Assembly (NCBI GenBank): GCA_964454845.1
Contig: CAYVVS010000002.1
Coordinates: 1,465-65,464, forward strand
Source: an uncultured Candidatus Saccharibacteria bacterium
GTDB lineage: Bacteria; Patescibacteriota; Saccharimonadia; CAILAD01; GCA-016700035
Direction: 5' to 3'
DNA length: 64,000 nt
Below are positions 35,330-45,152 of this stretch, one piece after another. Both the position numbers and the translations under genes were made by a program. The notes under the pieces are model-generated. The model worked only from the letters and a program-made list of their open reading frames with translations. It searched no databases and was not told where the DNA came from. Position 1 is the stretch's first letter. Every line of letters begins with the position of its first letter.

Positions 35330-37264
35330 CTATTTCTTACCTTCTGTGAAATACCATTTAAGAGAGTCTCGCACTACTGGTAACGCAAACTCCGCTCCTT
35401 CTCCAGAATTTTCAACAAGTGCCACAATAACGATTTCAGGATTTTCATACGGAGCATAGGCCTCAAACCAAGCGTGCGGTTTGGTGCGCCGGTTTTTACC
35501 GTCAAAGCCCTCCGAGCTTGTCTCGGCCGTTCCAGTCTTACCAGCTACCGCTACTGGTACCTCACGATTCGTTGAGCAACAGCCAGTTCCAGATGTAATC
35601 ACATCACGCATGCCTTTTTGTACCATACTTAAATACTCGGGCTTAATAAAATCAGAACGGACCTTCTGCGGACTCACCGAGCGCACAGTTTTTCCATTCT
35701 CGTCCACCACTTCTTTGACTAAATATGGCTTATACAGCGTGCCGCCATTTGCAATAGAAGACAGAGCTGTTGCCAGCTGCAAGGGGCTAGCCATAAAATT
35801 CCCCTGGCCAATGGAGATGTTATACGTGTCACCCACGTACCAATCTTCACCTGTATTTTTCTTTTTCGTCTCTGGAGTCGGCAAAAATCCAGCTGTTTCG
35901 TCACCAATATCTAGCCCAGTCTTTGAACCAAAGCCAAACTTTTTGTAATAATCCAGCAATTTAGCCGCACCAAGACCCTTAAAGTTTTGATAGCCGCCGC
36001 CAACCATGTAGTAAAACACGTCCGAACTCATCGCTAACGCTTTATAAACATCTACCATGCCCAAGCCTTCCGGCTTCCAACTAGAAAACTCGTACACAAT
36101 CGAGGGGTCGTATTGATTAGGTACCAGAAGTTCGCCGTCATCTTTAATAACAGTTGAGGCATTGATAATGTTTTCCTGAAAGGCGGCCGCGGAAACAAAC
36201 GGCTTAATTACCGAACCAATGGGATAAGTGCCGCCCGAAACTTTATTGAATAATGGTCGGTTAGGGTCATTTAGGAGGCTCTGATACGTGTCCTGCTTAA
36301 TACCCCGCGCAAATAAGTTGTTGTCATAGCTCGGATAATTTACAGCCGCCAGGATTTGCCCATTACGGGGGTCTATGGCAACCGCGGCGCCTCGACCGGA
36401 TCCGGCAGCGGTGGCCTCGCGAGCCAAGGCTTCACTCATGGCTTTTTGCAAACCAAAATTCACTGTCAACTTCAACGAGTTACCTGCCGTAGGATCTTTT
36501 GCGGCAAGTACCTTAATCGGCTTTCCAGTAGCATCTACTTCGGACTGCTCGGCACCAGCTTCACCGCGTAAATCCTTCTCGTAGGCGCGCTCAATGCCAA
36601 CCTTGCCGATATAGTCGGTTGGTCGATATTCCTTTTCTATCTTCAAATCATCGGACGAAACACGTCCCGTGTAGCCCAAAAAGTGCGCAAGCTGCCCGCC
36701 ATCCAAATACTCTCTAATTGGGTTGGTGTCCAAATCAACGCCGGGAAGTTCATTCTTTTGCTCCTCAACCACCAAGGCAATTTCGCGCGGAACGCTCTCC
36801 TGAATCAACGTTGGCAACGGAGAAGCTGGGCCGTCTTTTTCGACTTTTTGTTTAATCTCTTCGGCGGTTTGCCCCGTAATTTTGCTCAGCCTCTCATACA
36901 CCTGTTGTCGCTCGTCAGTCTTTTTGGGCATCCGAGCCGCTATCGCGATCAAATCAAAGTTGGCCACATTACGAGCTAAAAGCTCACCACGACTATCGTA
37001 AATTGCTCCACGTGGTGCCCTAATAACGTTTTGTCGAATTCGATTACCGTCGGCCAAAGACTGATTACGCGCGCCCTGAACCACCTGCAGGTTAAACAGC
37101 TGCCCCAAAAGGACCGCACTAACAATGCCGGCTACAACGACAAACCACTTCAGATGGCTAAAGCCCATTTCGGATCCCGAACGGTTCTCACCACTACCAG
37201 GAAGAATCGCTACCGACCAAGCTTCACTATCGGTAACTTTCTGTTCCTTACGAGATATTTTCAT
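35330..37264 (-). CDS. mrdA: Penicillin-binding protein 2 (elongasome transpeptidase)
   Basis: N-terminal TM, SxxK as GSVIKP, KTG as AGKTGTAE. Sits in the mreBCD-pbp2 order. Confidence 0.9.
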   Translation of the reverse strand: MKISRKEQKVTDSEAWSVAILPGSGENRSGSEMGFSHLKWFVVVAGIVSAVLLGQLFNLQVVQGARNQSLADGNRIRQNVIRAPRGAIYDSRGELLARNVANFDLIAIAARMPKKTDERQQVYERLSKITGQTAEEIKQKVEKDGPASPLPTLIQESVPREIALVVEEQKNELPGVDLDTNPIREYLDGGQLAHFLGYTGRVSSDDLKIEKEYRPTDYIGKVGIERAYEKDLRGEAGAEQSEVDATGKPIKVLAAKDPTAGNSLKLTVNFGLQKAMSEALAREATAAGSGRGAAVAIDPRNGQILAAVNYPSYDNNLFARGIKQDTYQSLLNDPNRPLFNKVSGGTYPIGSVIKPFVSAAAFQENIINASTVIKDDGELLVPNQYDPSIVYEFSSWKPEGLGMVDVYKALAMSSDVFYYMVGGGYQNFKGLGAAKLLDYYKKFGFGSKTGLDIGDETAGFLPTPETKKKNTGEDWYVGDTYNISIGQGNFMASPLQLATALSSIANGGTLYKPYLVKEVVDENGKTVRSVSPQKVRSDFIKPEYLSMVQKGMRDVITSGTGCCSTNREVPVAVAGKTGTAETSSEGFDGKNRRTKPHAWFEAYAPYENPEIVIVALVENSGEGAEFALPVVRDSLKWYFTEGKK

Positions 37265-37329
37265 ATCTCGTCCAGCGCTGTGATTCCCAAAAATTGATCG
37301 CGCGATGATATACCCCTCTTATGTAACGT

Positions 37330-37824
37330 TTACTGTGGCAAACGGTAATGTGGGTGAGTTTGTTGCCGCCTATCACTCAAGCCCACAATCAGCAGCAGAA
37401 TACTACTATTATACAATAACTCCACGGCAATTCGAACAATTGCGCTGCCAATTTGTGTAGTTAAAATCTCGGTCGGCAATGTTGCATAGAGAACGATGTT
37501 AAAAATTATCGTAGCACTAACAATAAGGGCCAACTTGAAAGACCATTTATTTGCATCTCGCCCATCTCTAAACACCAACCTCGAAGCTAGCATCACCAAG
37601 AATAGGCCCAGTAGTATCAGACCGGTAGGCAACACACTCCCCACCTCCAAAATTACACCCATCATCACAATAAGTAGTGTCATCGAAATATATTCCAGTT
37701 TGGGCGCGTACCAAACTACGAAAATCAGCGCCAGATTTGGGATTACCCAGCTAGAACCCGCCGCGTGTAACCCAACCTGCAACAAACTAATTAAGACTGC
37801 CAGAATAGCAATGCGCGGCTTCAA
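37330..37824 (-). CDS. mreD: Rod shape-determining protein MreD
   Basis: 164-aa, 5-TM protein immediately after mreC. Confidence 0.7.
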   Translation of the reverse strand: MKPRIAILAVLISLLQVGLHAAGSSWVIPNLALIFVVWYAPKLEYISMTLLIVMMGVILEVGSVLPTGLILLGLFLVMLASRLVFRDGRDANKWSFKLALIVSATIIFNIVLYATLPTEILTTQIGSAIVRIAVELLYNSSILLLIVGLSDRRQQTHPHYRLPQ

Positions 37825-37828
37825 GCCA

Positions 37829-38632
37829 CTACCCCTTCACCACAAACACAAGCTCCAGGCGCTGAGAATCGACGAGCGGTTTTACATTTGCAGCCTGGAA
37901 TATTTCATTATCACTTCTATCTATTGACTCAATCGTTCCGACCGGTAAACCTTTGGGAATACGATCACTTCCAGCGCTCATGACGTACTCGCCAACATCA
38001 ATCACTTCATTCTGAGCAATTTGCTCCATCCTCAGTCCGCTCCCAAGCTGGCCACGCACAATTCCTTTGGCTCTACCATTTTGTGTCATCGCCAGAATGC
38101 GAAACTCTGGATCGCTTACTAAAAAGACATCGCTCGATTTATCATGTACGCGCTCAATCTTGCCGATAATCGCGCCCGAGCTCACCACCGCCATGCCCGC
38201 TTCTACTCCGTCCGACTTCCCCACATCAATCGTAATGTTGCGCCGAACATTATCTGCGCTATAAGCTACAACTCTCGCGCCAACCAGGTCAAGTTTTTGC
38301 TCGTCAGAGAAATTTAGCTGCGCCCGCAACAACGCATTCTCTTTTTCCAGCTCTTTTAATTTTACAAGCTCAGCCTCTTTTTCACTTACCCGTCGCTGCA
38401 AATCAATGTTTTCTTGGCTCAGTCGCGAGAGTGAGCCAAGGGTTGCGATGCTATTTCCGGTCCAGCGCCCAACACCTGCAAAAGTGCTGGTGATAGGCTG
38501 AGTAAGTGCATCAATAACTATGCGAAACGGACGCCACAAACCAAGCAACTGAAACAGGAGCACACCCGAAATAATGACGAGCGAGACGATAATGGCTATT
38601 CGTGAGCGAGAATACGGTTTAGAGCGCTGCAT
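37829..38632 (-). CDS. mreC: Rod shape-determining protein MreC
   Basis: N-terminal TM, coiled coil (ENIDLQRRVSEKEAELVKLKELEKENALLRAQL) and a beta-barrel C-terminal half. Confidence 0.85.
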   Translation of the reverse strand: MQRSKPYSRSRIAIIVSLVIISGVLLFQLLGLWRPFRIVIDALTQPITSTFAGVGRWTGNSIATLGSLSRLSQENIDLQRRVSEKEAELVKLKELEKENALLRAQLNFSDEQKLDLVGARVVAYSADNVRRNITIDVGKSDGVEAGMAVVSSGAIIGKIERVHDKSSDVFLVSDPEFRILAMTQNGRAKGIVRGQLGSGLRMEQIAQNEVIDVGEYVMSAGSDRIPKGLPVGTIESIDRSDNEIFQAANVKPLVDSQRLELVFVVKG

Positions 38633-38649
38633 ATACTTTAAAGTCTACC

Positions 38650-39720
38650 CTAGCGCGGAGTTTTTTCGTACTGCGTTGAAACTAAAACGTCTTTTAAGGT
38701 ATCAATATCTTCAAGTACAGCACCAGTTCCACGAGCAACTGCCGTTAAAGGGTCTTCTACGATCACGACCGGCATTTTAGTTTGTTGCGTCAAGAGCTCA
38801 TCAAGACCGCGTAGGAGCGCACCGCCTCCAGCGAGATGAATTCCGCGGTCCATAATGTCGGCAATCAGTTCTGGCGGCGTTTCTTCGATCGTGTCTTTTA
38901 CTGCGTTCACGATGGCCCGGACCGACTTCGAGAGCGCCGTACGGACTTGATCGGAGTTAATAATTACTTCCTTTGGCAAGCCAGTTACAATATCGCGGCC
39001 GCGTATGGGTGCCTCCAGCACATGCTCCAGCTCACAGGCCGAACCAACTGAAAGCTTAATAGCTTCGGCCGTACGCTCTCCAACCTGCAGGTTAAATTCC
39101 TCCTTAGCAAAGGCAATAATATCCTCGGTAAGCTCATCACCGGCAATCCTTATCGAACGTGAGGCAACAATGCCTCCAAGCGAAATAACCGCCACCTCGC
39201 TGGTGCCACCACCAATATCAACAATCATCGAGCCTGCAGCATCGTTAATTGGCAGCTCTGCGCCTACTGCTGCTGCCATCGGCTCCTCAATAAGATAGGC
39301 CGAACGCGCGCCTGCATTAGTTGCCGCATCCTCTACAGCTCGCTTCTCCACTTCAGTCACACCAGATGGAATGCCGATTACGACACGAGGACGCGGAATC
39401 AGCGCAAAGTGCGCCTTGTGTACTTTATCAATAAAGTATTTAAGCATCTGTTCGGTCACTTCAAAATCCGAGACTACACCATCAACGAGTGGTCGTGAGG
39501 CTACGATATTTGCTGGCGTCTTCCCAACCATGCGCTTAGCCTCATCGCCAATGGCCAAAATCTGCCGGGTCTTGTTGTTGATTGCCACCACACTTGGTTC
39601 ATCAATAATAATGCCCTTACCGCGCAGGTACACCAAAGTATTGGCCGTCCCTAAATCGATGCCAATATCGTGAGACAGCCGCCCGATAAATTCTGGTAGA
39701 CGGACTCTTGGAAATTTCAT
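38650..39720 (-). CDS. mreB: Rod shape-determining protein MreB (paralog 2, in the mreBCD-pbp2 cluster)
   Basis: DIGIDLGTANTLVYL, DIGGGTSEVAVISL, LAGGGALLRGLD. Confidence 0.95.
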   Translation of the reverse strand: MKFPRVRLPEFIGRLSHDIGIDLGTANTLVYLRGKGIIIDEPSVVAINNKTRQILAIGDEAKRMVGKTPANIVASRPLVDGVVSDFEVTEQMLKYFIDKVHKAHFALIPRPRVVIGIPSGVTEVEKRAVEDAATNAGARSAYLIEEPMAAAVGAELPINDAAGSMIVDIGGGTSEVAVISLGGIVASRSIRIAGDELTEDIIAFAKEEFNLQVGERTAEAIKLSVGSACELEHVLEAPIRGRDIVTGLPKEVIINSDQVRTALSKSVRAIVNAVKDTIEETPPELIADIMDRGIHLAGGGALLRGLDELLTQQTKMPVVIVEDPLTAVARGTGAVLEDIDTLKDVLVSTQYEKTPR

Positions 39721-39783
39721 TACCTTTAGTTTATCAGGAGTGACTACCTGGTACTAGGGCAATCTCTCACTAATCTACGTATA

Positions 39784-40524
39784 TTAGCTTTGACTCAAAA
39801 GCCAGAACGCGACCAAATTATTTAAAAAGTGCACCAGCATGCCTGGATAGATGCTCCCGGATCGAACATAGAGCCAACTGAGCAAGCAACCCAGTATGAA
39901 TGTGTAAATACCAACGTTTACCTGACCATGCAGCACCGCAAACGCCAAAGAAGACACTATTGCCGCCAACCACACCGGCCACCGCTTGGCGAGCCCTGCG
40001 AACAATACCCCTCGAAATAATAGTTCTTCAATTATCGGAGCAATCACAACAGCACTCACAGCCGTCAGCCAATACCCCCAGCCACTCCGTCCAAACTCAA
40101 AGACGGCTTGCTGCTCCTCAGTATCAACTGCCGGCAATAGCGCATTCACTAAGGCAAAAATGCCAATAATTATCACGATCTGCGCAAAATATAGGCCAAA
40201 GGCTACTAGATACCATTTATCACTCGCACGTCTTAAGCCAAGCCCCAGTTTGCCCGCTTGACGCTTGCGCACCAGCCACAAAAGTACACCAATTTCTATC
40301 GTCAAGGTTAGTGCGTACTGTATTGCGAGCGCAGTAGGGCTTTCTGCTAGTATAACTTGCATCCATCCAGGCAGAATGCCAAAACTCCCCCAAAACGAGA
40401 TTGTTATGTACGCCAGCATTGGCAACAGCAGCGGAAGAAATAGTGCAGCAGCTGCATCTTTGGGTCCGAACGGGACTGTTTTACGCCAAGCAACGAGCTG
40501 AGACGAAGCCATATGTAGCCGCAT
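39784..40524 (-). CDS. CPBP-family intramembrane glutamic endopeptidase (CAAX protease-like)
   Basis: IIEELLFRGVLF, FAVLHG and HFLNNLVAF motifs in a polytopic protein. Confidence 0.8.
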   Translation of the reverse strand: MRLHMASSQLVAWRKTVPFGPKDAAAALFLPLLLPMLAYITISFWGSFGILPGWMQVILAESPTALAIQYALTLTIEIGVLLWLVRKRQAGKLGLGLRRASDKWYLVAFGLYFAQIVIIIGIFALVNALLPAVDTEEQQAVFEFGRSGWGYWLTAVSAVVIAPIIEELLFRGVLFAGLAKRWPVWLAAIVSSLAFAVLHGQVNVGIYTFILGCLLSWLYVRSGSIYPGMLVHFLNNLVAFWLLSQS

Positions 40525-40533
40525 TATCGCCTC

Positions 40534-41613
40534 TTAAAAAAATCTCGTTACGTCAGAAATCGCGATAATAATACCAAAGGCGATGAGCGCCACAAACCCT
40601 GCTAGATGCACCCATCCTTCTTGCTTTTCGCTAATCGGCAGGCCAATACGACGAAGTACTAAGAGAAATAGGCGGCCGCCATCTAGGGCTGGTAGCGGCA
40701 AGGCATTAATCACCGCCAGTGAGAGAGAAATGGAGGCAATAAGTACTAGTACATAGTCAAAGCCAAACTTCATCACCTGCCCAAACACCGCTGTTACGCC
40801 AACTGGCCCGGTAACCGTTTCGGCCACTGTAAAGCGCGAAACGAGCGTCCAAATCGCCCCCAAAAACGCCCCGATAGTCGCCACAAGGGACTGCCACATT
40901 AGACCAATAGCCGCAAAAGGCGCAGCGTACCAAGCGTATTTCTCCTTGGTTTGCGGCAGCGCAACAACCCCTAACACACCTTTTTCAGGATCAGCGCCAA
41001 GTGTGACTTCGCGGGTTTTCTCTTCTCCGCCCTGAGTAAATACCACCGTTGCCTTCTGACCCTTAATTTCACCTGTGTAGGCCTTTAACTCCGACTCATT
41101 TGCGAACCTTTTGCCATTCAGCGACACCAAGGTGTCGCCAGTACTCAACCCAGCAGCCTCAGCGGCAGAACCCTCTCCAACCTGAAAAACCACCAGTTTT
41201 GGTGCTTCGGCCTGTATCGGTTGCACAAATCCAACACTCGGCATCTTAAACGGAAAAATCTGTGGAATACCCGTGGCGGCCAGCCATACAAATATCACGT
41301 AAGCGATCAGGGCATTCATGGCAACCCCAGCCATCAGTACCTTGGTTTTTACCCAAAGAGACTTCGAGGCAAAACTCTTTGGCCCCTTCGATTCGTTATC
41401 TTCACCTTCAAGGCGAACAAATCCACCCAACGGTAAAAGGTTAATAGTATAGAGCGTGTCACCTTTTTTCTTACCCCAGAGCTTGGGCGGAAAACCAATA
41501 CCGAATTCATACACGCGGATACCATTGCGACGCGCCACAATAAAGTGGCCCCATTCGTGCGCAATGACCAGCGCCGAAAAAATGAAGAGTACAAGAATAA
41601 TAATCAGTATCAT
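40534..41613 (-). CDS. rseP: RIP (site-2) zinc metalloprotease RseP
   Basis: HEWGHFIVAR (HExxH in TM1), a PDZ segment and NALPLPALDGGRL. Confidence 0.9.
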   Translation of the reverse strand: MILIIILVLFIFSALVIAHEWGHFIVARRNGIRVYEFGIGFPPKLWGKKKGDTLYTINLLPLGGFVRLEGEDNESKGPKSFASKSLWVKTKVLMAGVAMNALIAYVIFVWLAATGIPQIFPFKMPSVGFVQPIQAEAPKLVVFQVGEGSAAEAAGLSTGDTLVSLNGKRFANESELKAYTGEIKGQKATVVFTQGGEEKTREVTLGADPEKGVLGVVALPQTKEKYAWYAAPFAAIGLMWQSLVATIGAFLGAIWTLVSRFTVAETVTGPVGVTAVFGQVMKFGFDYVLVLIASISLSLAVINALPLPALDGGRLFLLVLRRIGLPISEKQEGWVHLAGFVALIAFGIIIAISDVTRFF

Positions 41614-41662
41614 TACCCTCTAGTATAGACGATTTTTGCTGAGAATAGGCTGTAGTTTTGCG

Positions 41663-42220
41663 TTAAACCGTAAGCACTTCTTGCTTTTTGGTTTCAAAAA
41701 GCTGCTGAGCCTTACCTTGATATTCTTTGATCATCTCATCAAGGGTTTTTTCGGTCTTAAAGTACTCATCTTCGGGCATCGAGCCATCTTCTTTACCAGA
41801 CTTGGCTTTCTTGAGTCCATCATGACGAGCATTGCGCAACGTTACGCTAGCGGCTTCCAGCTTTTCCGAAAGCCCCTTTACCAGCATCTGGCGGCGCTCC
41901 TCGGTCATAGCTGGAATTTGCATGCGCACCATATTGCCATCAGTAGCAGGGGAGAGGCCCAATGAAGAATCATCGCGAATTGCCTTCTCGACAGATGTGA
42001 CCAGCGACTGATCCCAAACCTGCACCTGAAGTGTACGGGCGTCTGGAGTAGAAATAGTGCCTACTTGCTTCATGGTCATTTCCTGTCCGTACGCATCTAC
42101 TTTAATGCCTTCAATAAGACTAGGATTAGCGCGTCCGGCCTGCACGCCTTCCAGCTCAGTTTGAAAATATTCTAAGCCTCGCTTCATCGCATCTTCGGTA
42201 TTCTTCAAAATTTCTTGCAT
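41663..42220 (-). CDS. frr: Ribosome recycling factor
   Basis: 185 aa with typical Frr blocks (RANPSLIEGIKVDAYG, MTEERRQMLVK). Confidence 0.95.
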   Translation of the reverse strand: MQEILKNTEDAMKRGLEYFQTELEGVQAGRANPSLIEGIKVDAYGQEMTMKQVGTISTPDARTLQVQVWDQSLVTSVEKAIRDDSSLGLSPATDGNMVRMQIPAMTEERRQMLVKGLSEKLEAASVTLRNARHDGLKKAKSGKEDGSMPEDEYFKTEKTLDEMIKEYQGKAQQLFETKKQEVLTV

Positions 42221-42256
42221 GAGCCAATTATACCAGGTTTGTATCAGTAAAAAAGA

Positions 42257-42278
42257 GCTGAGACCTTAGCGTCTCAGC
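42257..42278 (-). terminator. Intrinsic terminator after the 216-aa gene
   Basis: gctgagac-cttagc-gtctcagc. On the minus strand it is followed by tctttttt. Confidence 0.65.
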
Positions 42279-42283
42279 CAAAG

Positions 42284-42934
42284 TTAATCCAGGAAACCCT
42301 TTTCTTTTAAAAGGGCCTCCGGATCTTCAATGCCCGGCTCAAAAAGTAAGGCAAACGCAAAGCCAATAGCCTCATCGGCAGGCATAGCCCTAAGGTCTTC
42401 ACAATCCTCGTCGGACAACACTCCTTCACAAGCGGCCACCAATCGATCTACAACCGGGTCTTGCAGCTCAGCCACTTCCGGCGCAAGCTCGGCATCTAAT
42501 GCTTGCTGCAGCTCGCTCGCCACCTCTTCAAAGCCCATACCAAAGGCGTACTCTATCGCATCTCGCAAGTCGTCAAGATAGGCCTCATTTCGCCCAGCTT
42601 GTTTGCGCACAAGAGCCATACGAATATCAAGACCAATTTGAGCCTTGGCGTACGCCTCACCCGTGCCGCGGTTAACCAGAGCCTCGGCCTCGCGTCGATA
42701 GTTACTCGCAAGCTCCTGCCAATCTGTCTCACCGCTGCGCATAGCAAGAAGCCACTCCTCACGAAGCTGCGCTACAGAAGGAGTCTCTTGAAAACCAAGA
42801 CCTGCTGGCAAGGATTCAATATCCACTAAGCCCTCAGGCTCCAACGACCGTGCAATTTCTACAAGATCTTCAGTGACGGGAAACTCAACCTCTCTATCCG
42901 GTAGACCCCTATTCTCATCTGATTTTTCAGGCAT
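42284..42934 (-). CDS. Acidic hypothetical protein (216 aa)
   Basis: Track ORF between tsf and frr. No motif recognised. Confidence 0.55.
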   Translation of the reverse strand: MPEKSDENRGLPDREVEFPVTEDLVEIARSLEPEGLVDIESLPAGLGFQETPSVAQLREEWLLAMRSGETDWQELASNYRREAEALVNRGTGEAYAKAQIGLDIRMALVRKQAGRNEAYLDDLRDAIEYAFGMGFEEVASELQQALDAELAPEVAELQDPVVDRLVAACEGVLSDEDCEDLRAMPADEAIGFAFALLFEPGIEDPEALLKEKGFLD

Positions 42935-42957
42935 ACGTACAGTATACCGTCAAAACT

Positions 42958-42989
42958 AAAAATAGCCCCTTATCTCTGGGGCTATTTTT
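42958..42989. terminator. Intrinsic terminator after tsf
   Basis: aaaaatagcccc-ttatctct-ggggctattttt, symmetric A/T runs. Confidence 0.75.
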
Positions 42990-43005
42990 AGCGATAGGGT
43001 ACTAT

Positions 43006-43602
43006 CTAAGCGCCAAGTTCTAAACGCACAAAGCGTCGCACTACAATATTTTCGCCCAGCTTACCAATGGCAGCTTTCACCAAATCTTCAATGGTTTGCT
43101 TATCGTCTTTGTAGTATGGCTGCTCCAAAAGACAAATCCCGGCCATCCACTTGTCGAGCTTACCTTCAACGATTTTTGTAGCGTGCTCGGCTGGCTTGCC
43201 AGACTCCTTCACTTCTTCTTCAAAAAAAGCTTTTTCCTTCGCAACCACTTCTGCTGGAACGTCTTCACGGCGCACAAACTGCGGGTTCATCGCGGCGATA
43301 TGTAGAGAAAGCTCTTCTACTAGCTCCTGAAAATCATCAGTTTTCACAACAAAATCTGTTTCACAGTTCACTTCAACTAGTACGCCAATGCGGCCGCCAT
43401 GCACGTAGCTTCCAATCGTACCGGCACCAGTACCGCGATCGGCTTTTTTTTCGGCGCTCGCCAAGCCCTTCAAGCGCAAAATTTCCTGGGCCTTATCGAT
43501 GTCTCCGTTAGATTCCTGAAGAGCTTCTTTGGCCTTCATCATGCCGGCACCAGTCATTTGGCGTAGCTTCTGAATATCCTCGATAGATACGGTCACGGTC
43601 AT
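43006..43602 (-). CDS. tsf: Elongation factor Ts (short form)
   Basis: Trimmed to ATG 43602 (MTVTVSIEDIQKLRQMTGAGMMKAKEAL...). The longer track ORF would overlap rpsB. Confidence 0.9.
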   Translation of the reverse strand: MTVTVSIEDIQKLRQMTGAGMMKAKEALQESNGDIDKAQEILRLKGLASAEKKADRGTGAGTIGSYVHGGRIGVLVEVNCETDFVVKTDDFQELVEELSLHIAAMNPQFVRREDVPAEVVAKEKAFFEEEVKESGKPAEHATKIVEGKLDKWMAGICLLEQPYYKDDKQTIEDLVKAAIGKLGENIVVRRFVRLELGA

Positions 43603-43603
43603 C

Positions 43604-44362
43604 TTACTTCTCCTCTTCGTCTTGCTTGGTTTTTGCGTCATACTCAGCCTTACCCTCGGCAGCAGCGCGGGCAATACGTCCAGCCACAAGCTGGATTGAG
43701 CGGATTGCGTCATCATTTGCAGGAATAATGTAGTCAACCGATTCTGGGTTGGCATTTGTATCAGCCATCGCAATTACTGGAATCTTTAGGGTCTTAGCTT
43801 CTTTAATAGCGGTTTCTTCACGCATTACATCAACTACAAAGATTGCACCAGGAGTACCTTCAAGCTCTTTAACGCCGAGAAATACCTTAGTAAGCTTCTC
43901 AATTTCATTATCAATCAAGAGACGCTCTTTTTTGGTCATGCGCTCTAGGCTCCCGTCTTCACGCGCAGATTCAAGCTTCTTCAGGTGGCGAATTCGCTTC
44001 GAGATAGTCTCCCAGTTGGTCATCATGCCGCCGAGCCAGCGGTGCGTAACGTAAGGCATATCAGCGCTTTTAGCAGCTTCGGTAACAATCGCCTTAGCCT
44101 GACGCTTGGTTGCAACAAACAATACAGCCTTGCCTTGTGCAGTCAGCTGACGAACAAACTTCTCGGCTTCTTCTAAAAGATCTTCGGTTTGAATGAGGTC
44201 AATAATATGAACTCCGCCGCGAGCACCATGAATGTATTGAGCCATTTTAGGGTGCCAACGCTCGGTGCGATGACCAAAGTGGGCGCCAGACTGTAAAAGC
44301 TCTTTTACGGCGGCAGTTTTATCTGGTTTTGCTGCGGTTGCAGCAGTCTTCTTAGTAGGCAT
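43604..44362 (-). CDS. rpsB: 30S ribosomal protein S2
   Basis: LLQSGAHFGHRTERWHPKM..., typical S2, directly upstream of tsf. Confidence 0.95.
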   Translation of the reverse strand: MPTKKTAATAAKPDKTAAVKELLQSGAHFGHRTERWHPKMAQYIHGARGGVHIIDLIQTEDLLEEAEKFVRQLTAQGKAVLFVATKRQAKAIVTEAAKSADMPYVTHRWLGGMMTNWETISKRIRHLKKLESAREDGSLERMTKKERLLIDNEIEKLTKVFLGVKELEGTPGAIFVVDVMREETAIKEAKTLKIPVIAMADTNANPESVDYIIPANDDAIRSIQLVAGRIARAAAEGKAEYDAKTKQDEEEK

Positions 44363-44497
44363 ACTTCCTTCTTTCGTAGGCAGCTTCGTCCCGAGCGGGA
44401 GGAAGATGAATGGCTATACGTAAGCTCATTCGTGAAGCTGCTGTAACATTAATAACTTAGCCCGCTTACTTTACCTGATTTCCAGATAAGAGTCAAG

Positions 44498-44953
44498 CTA
44501 GCGTAAGAGGTCCTCTTGCTGCTGTGGTGTGAGGCTATCCTGAGGCTGAAGTGCGTCCGAGGCCGAATTATCAGATCCATCAACTCCAGAACCATTTTGT
44601 ACCGGAGCACCACCAGATTGCAGCTGCTCCGGATTCGCCAAACCTTCCAATGGGATAGCAGATGTTGGCCGTGGGGTTTCACTAGGATTCGGTGGAGCAC
44701 TTAGGGCACTCCAGATGGCGATAATGGCCGCGATTACAATAATTCCACCTAACGCAATCAGGATAATTGCTCGCCAATCCGTCCGTTTTTCAGGTTGAGA
44801 TAGCGTTTCTTCAGGTTCAAACACGTCGGCTTCAACTGCCTCAATTACCTCTTCCTGTGTCTCCTGCGCAACCACAACTTTTTTTTGCTGACGTTTCTGG
44901 GCTTTTTTCTGAGAATTACGCCGTTTTTTCGCTTTCGCCATCTGTAAAACCAC
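44498..44953 (-). CDS. Hypothetical single-TM protein with Lys/Arg/Gln-rich N-terminus
   Basis: MAKAKKRRNSQKKAQKRQQKK..., TM AIILIALGGIIVIAAIIAIW. The start may be ATG 44941. Confidence 0.5.
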   Translation of the reverse strand: MVLQMAKAKKRRNSQKKAQKRQQKKVVVAQETQEEVIEAVEADVFEPEETLSQPEKRTDWRAIILIALGGIIVIAAIIAIWSALSAPPNPSETPRPTSAIPLEGLANPEQLQSGGAPVQNGSGVDGSDNSASDALQPQDSLTPQQQEDLLR

Positions 44954-45006
44954 CTTCTCTATCTGTTACTCCCCCTAGTATACCGAAAAAATGACCAAAA
45001 AAAGCC

Positions 45007-45035
45007 TTGACAAACCGCTTGTGATTTAGTAATAT
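45007..45035 (+). promoter_or_regulatory. Strong predicted sigma70-type promoter upstream of the Rpf-like gene
   Basis: TTGACA-17 nt-TAATAT. It leaves a leader of about 110-160 nt. Confidence 0.6.
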
Positions 45036-45152
45036 AGGCGACGTTCCTAGAACAACGCGACTCACCCACTCGGTAGAGTCGTATTTAGTTCCAGGAGGCT
45101 TGACGCCCCTAAAACGTACGATGTTGTCCCGTTCGGCACCATACGTACAGGT

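Noticed and set aside
43603-43773. N-terminal extension of the tsf ORF (track 43006..43773)
   Set aside because: It overlaps the 3' end of rpsB in another frame. The canonical EF-Ts N-terminus (MTVTVSIEDIQKLRQMTGAGMM) starts at 43602, right after the rpsB stop.
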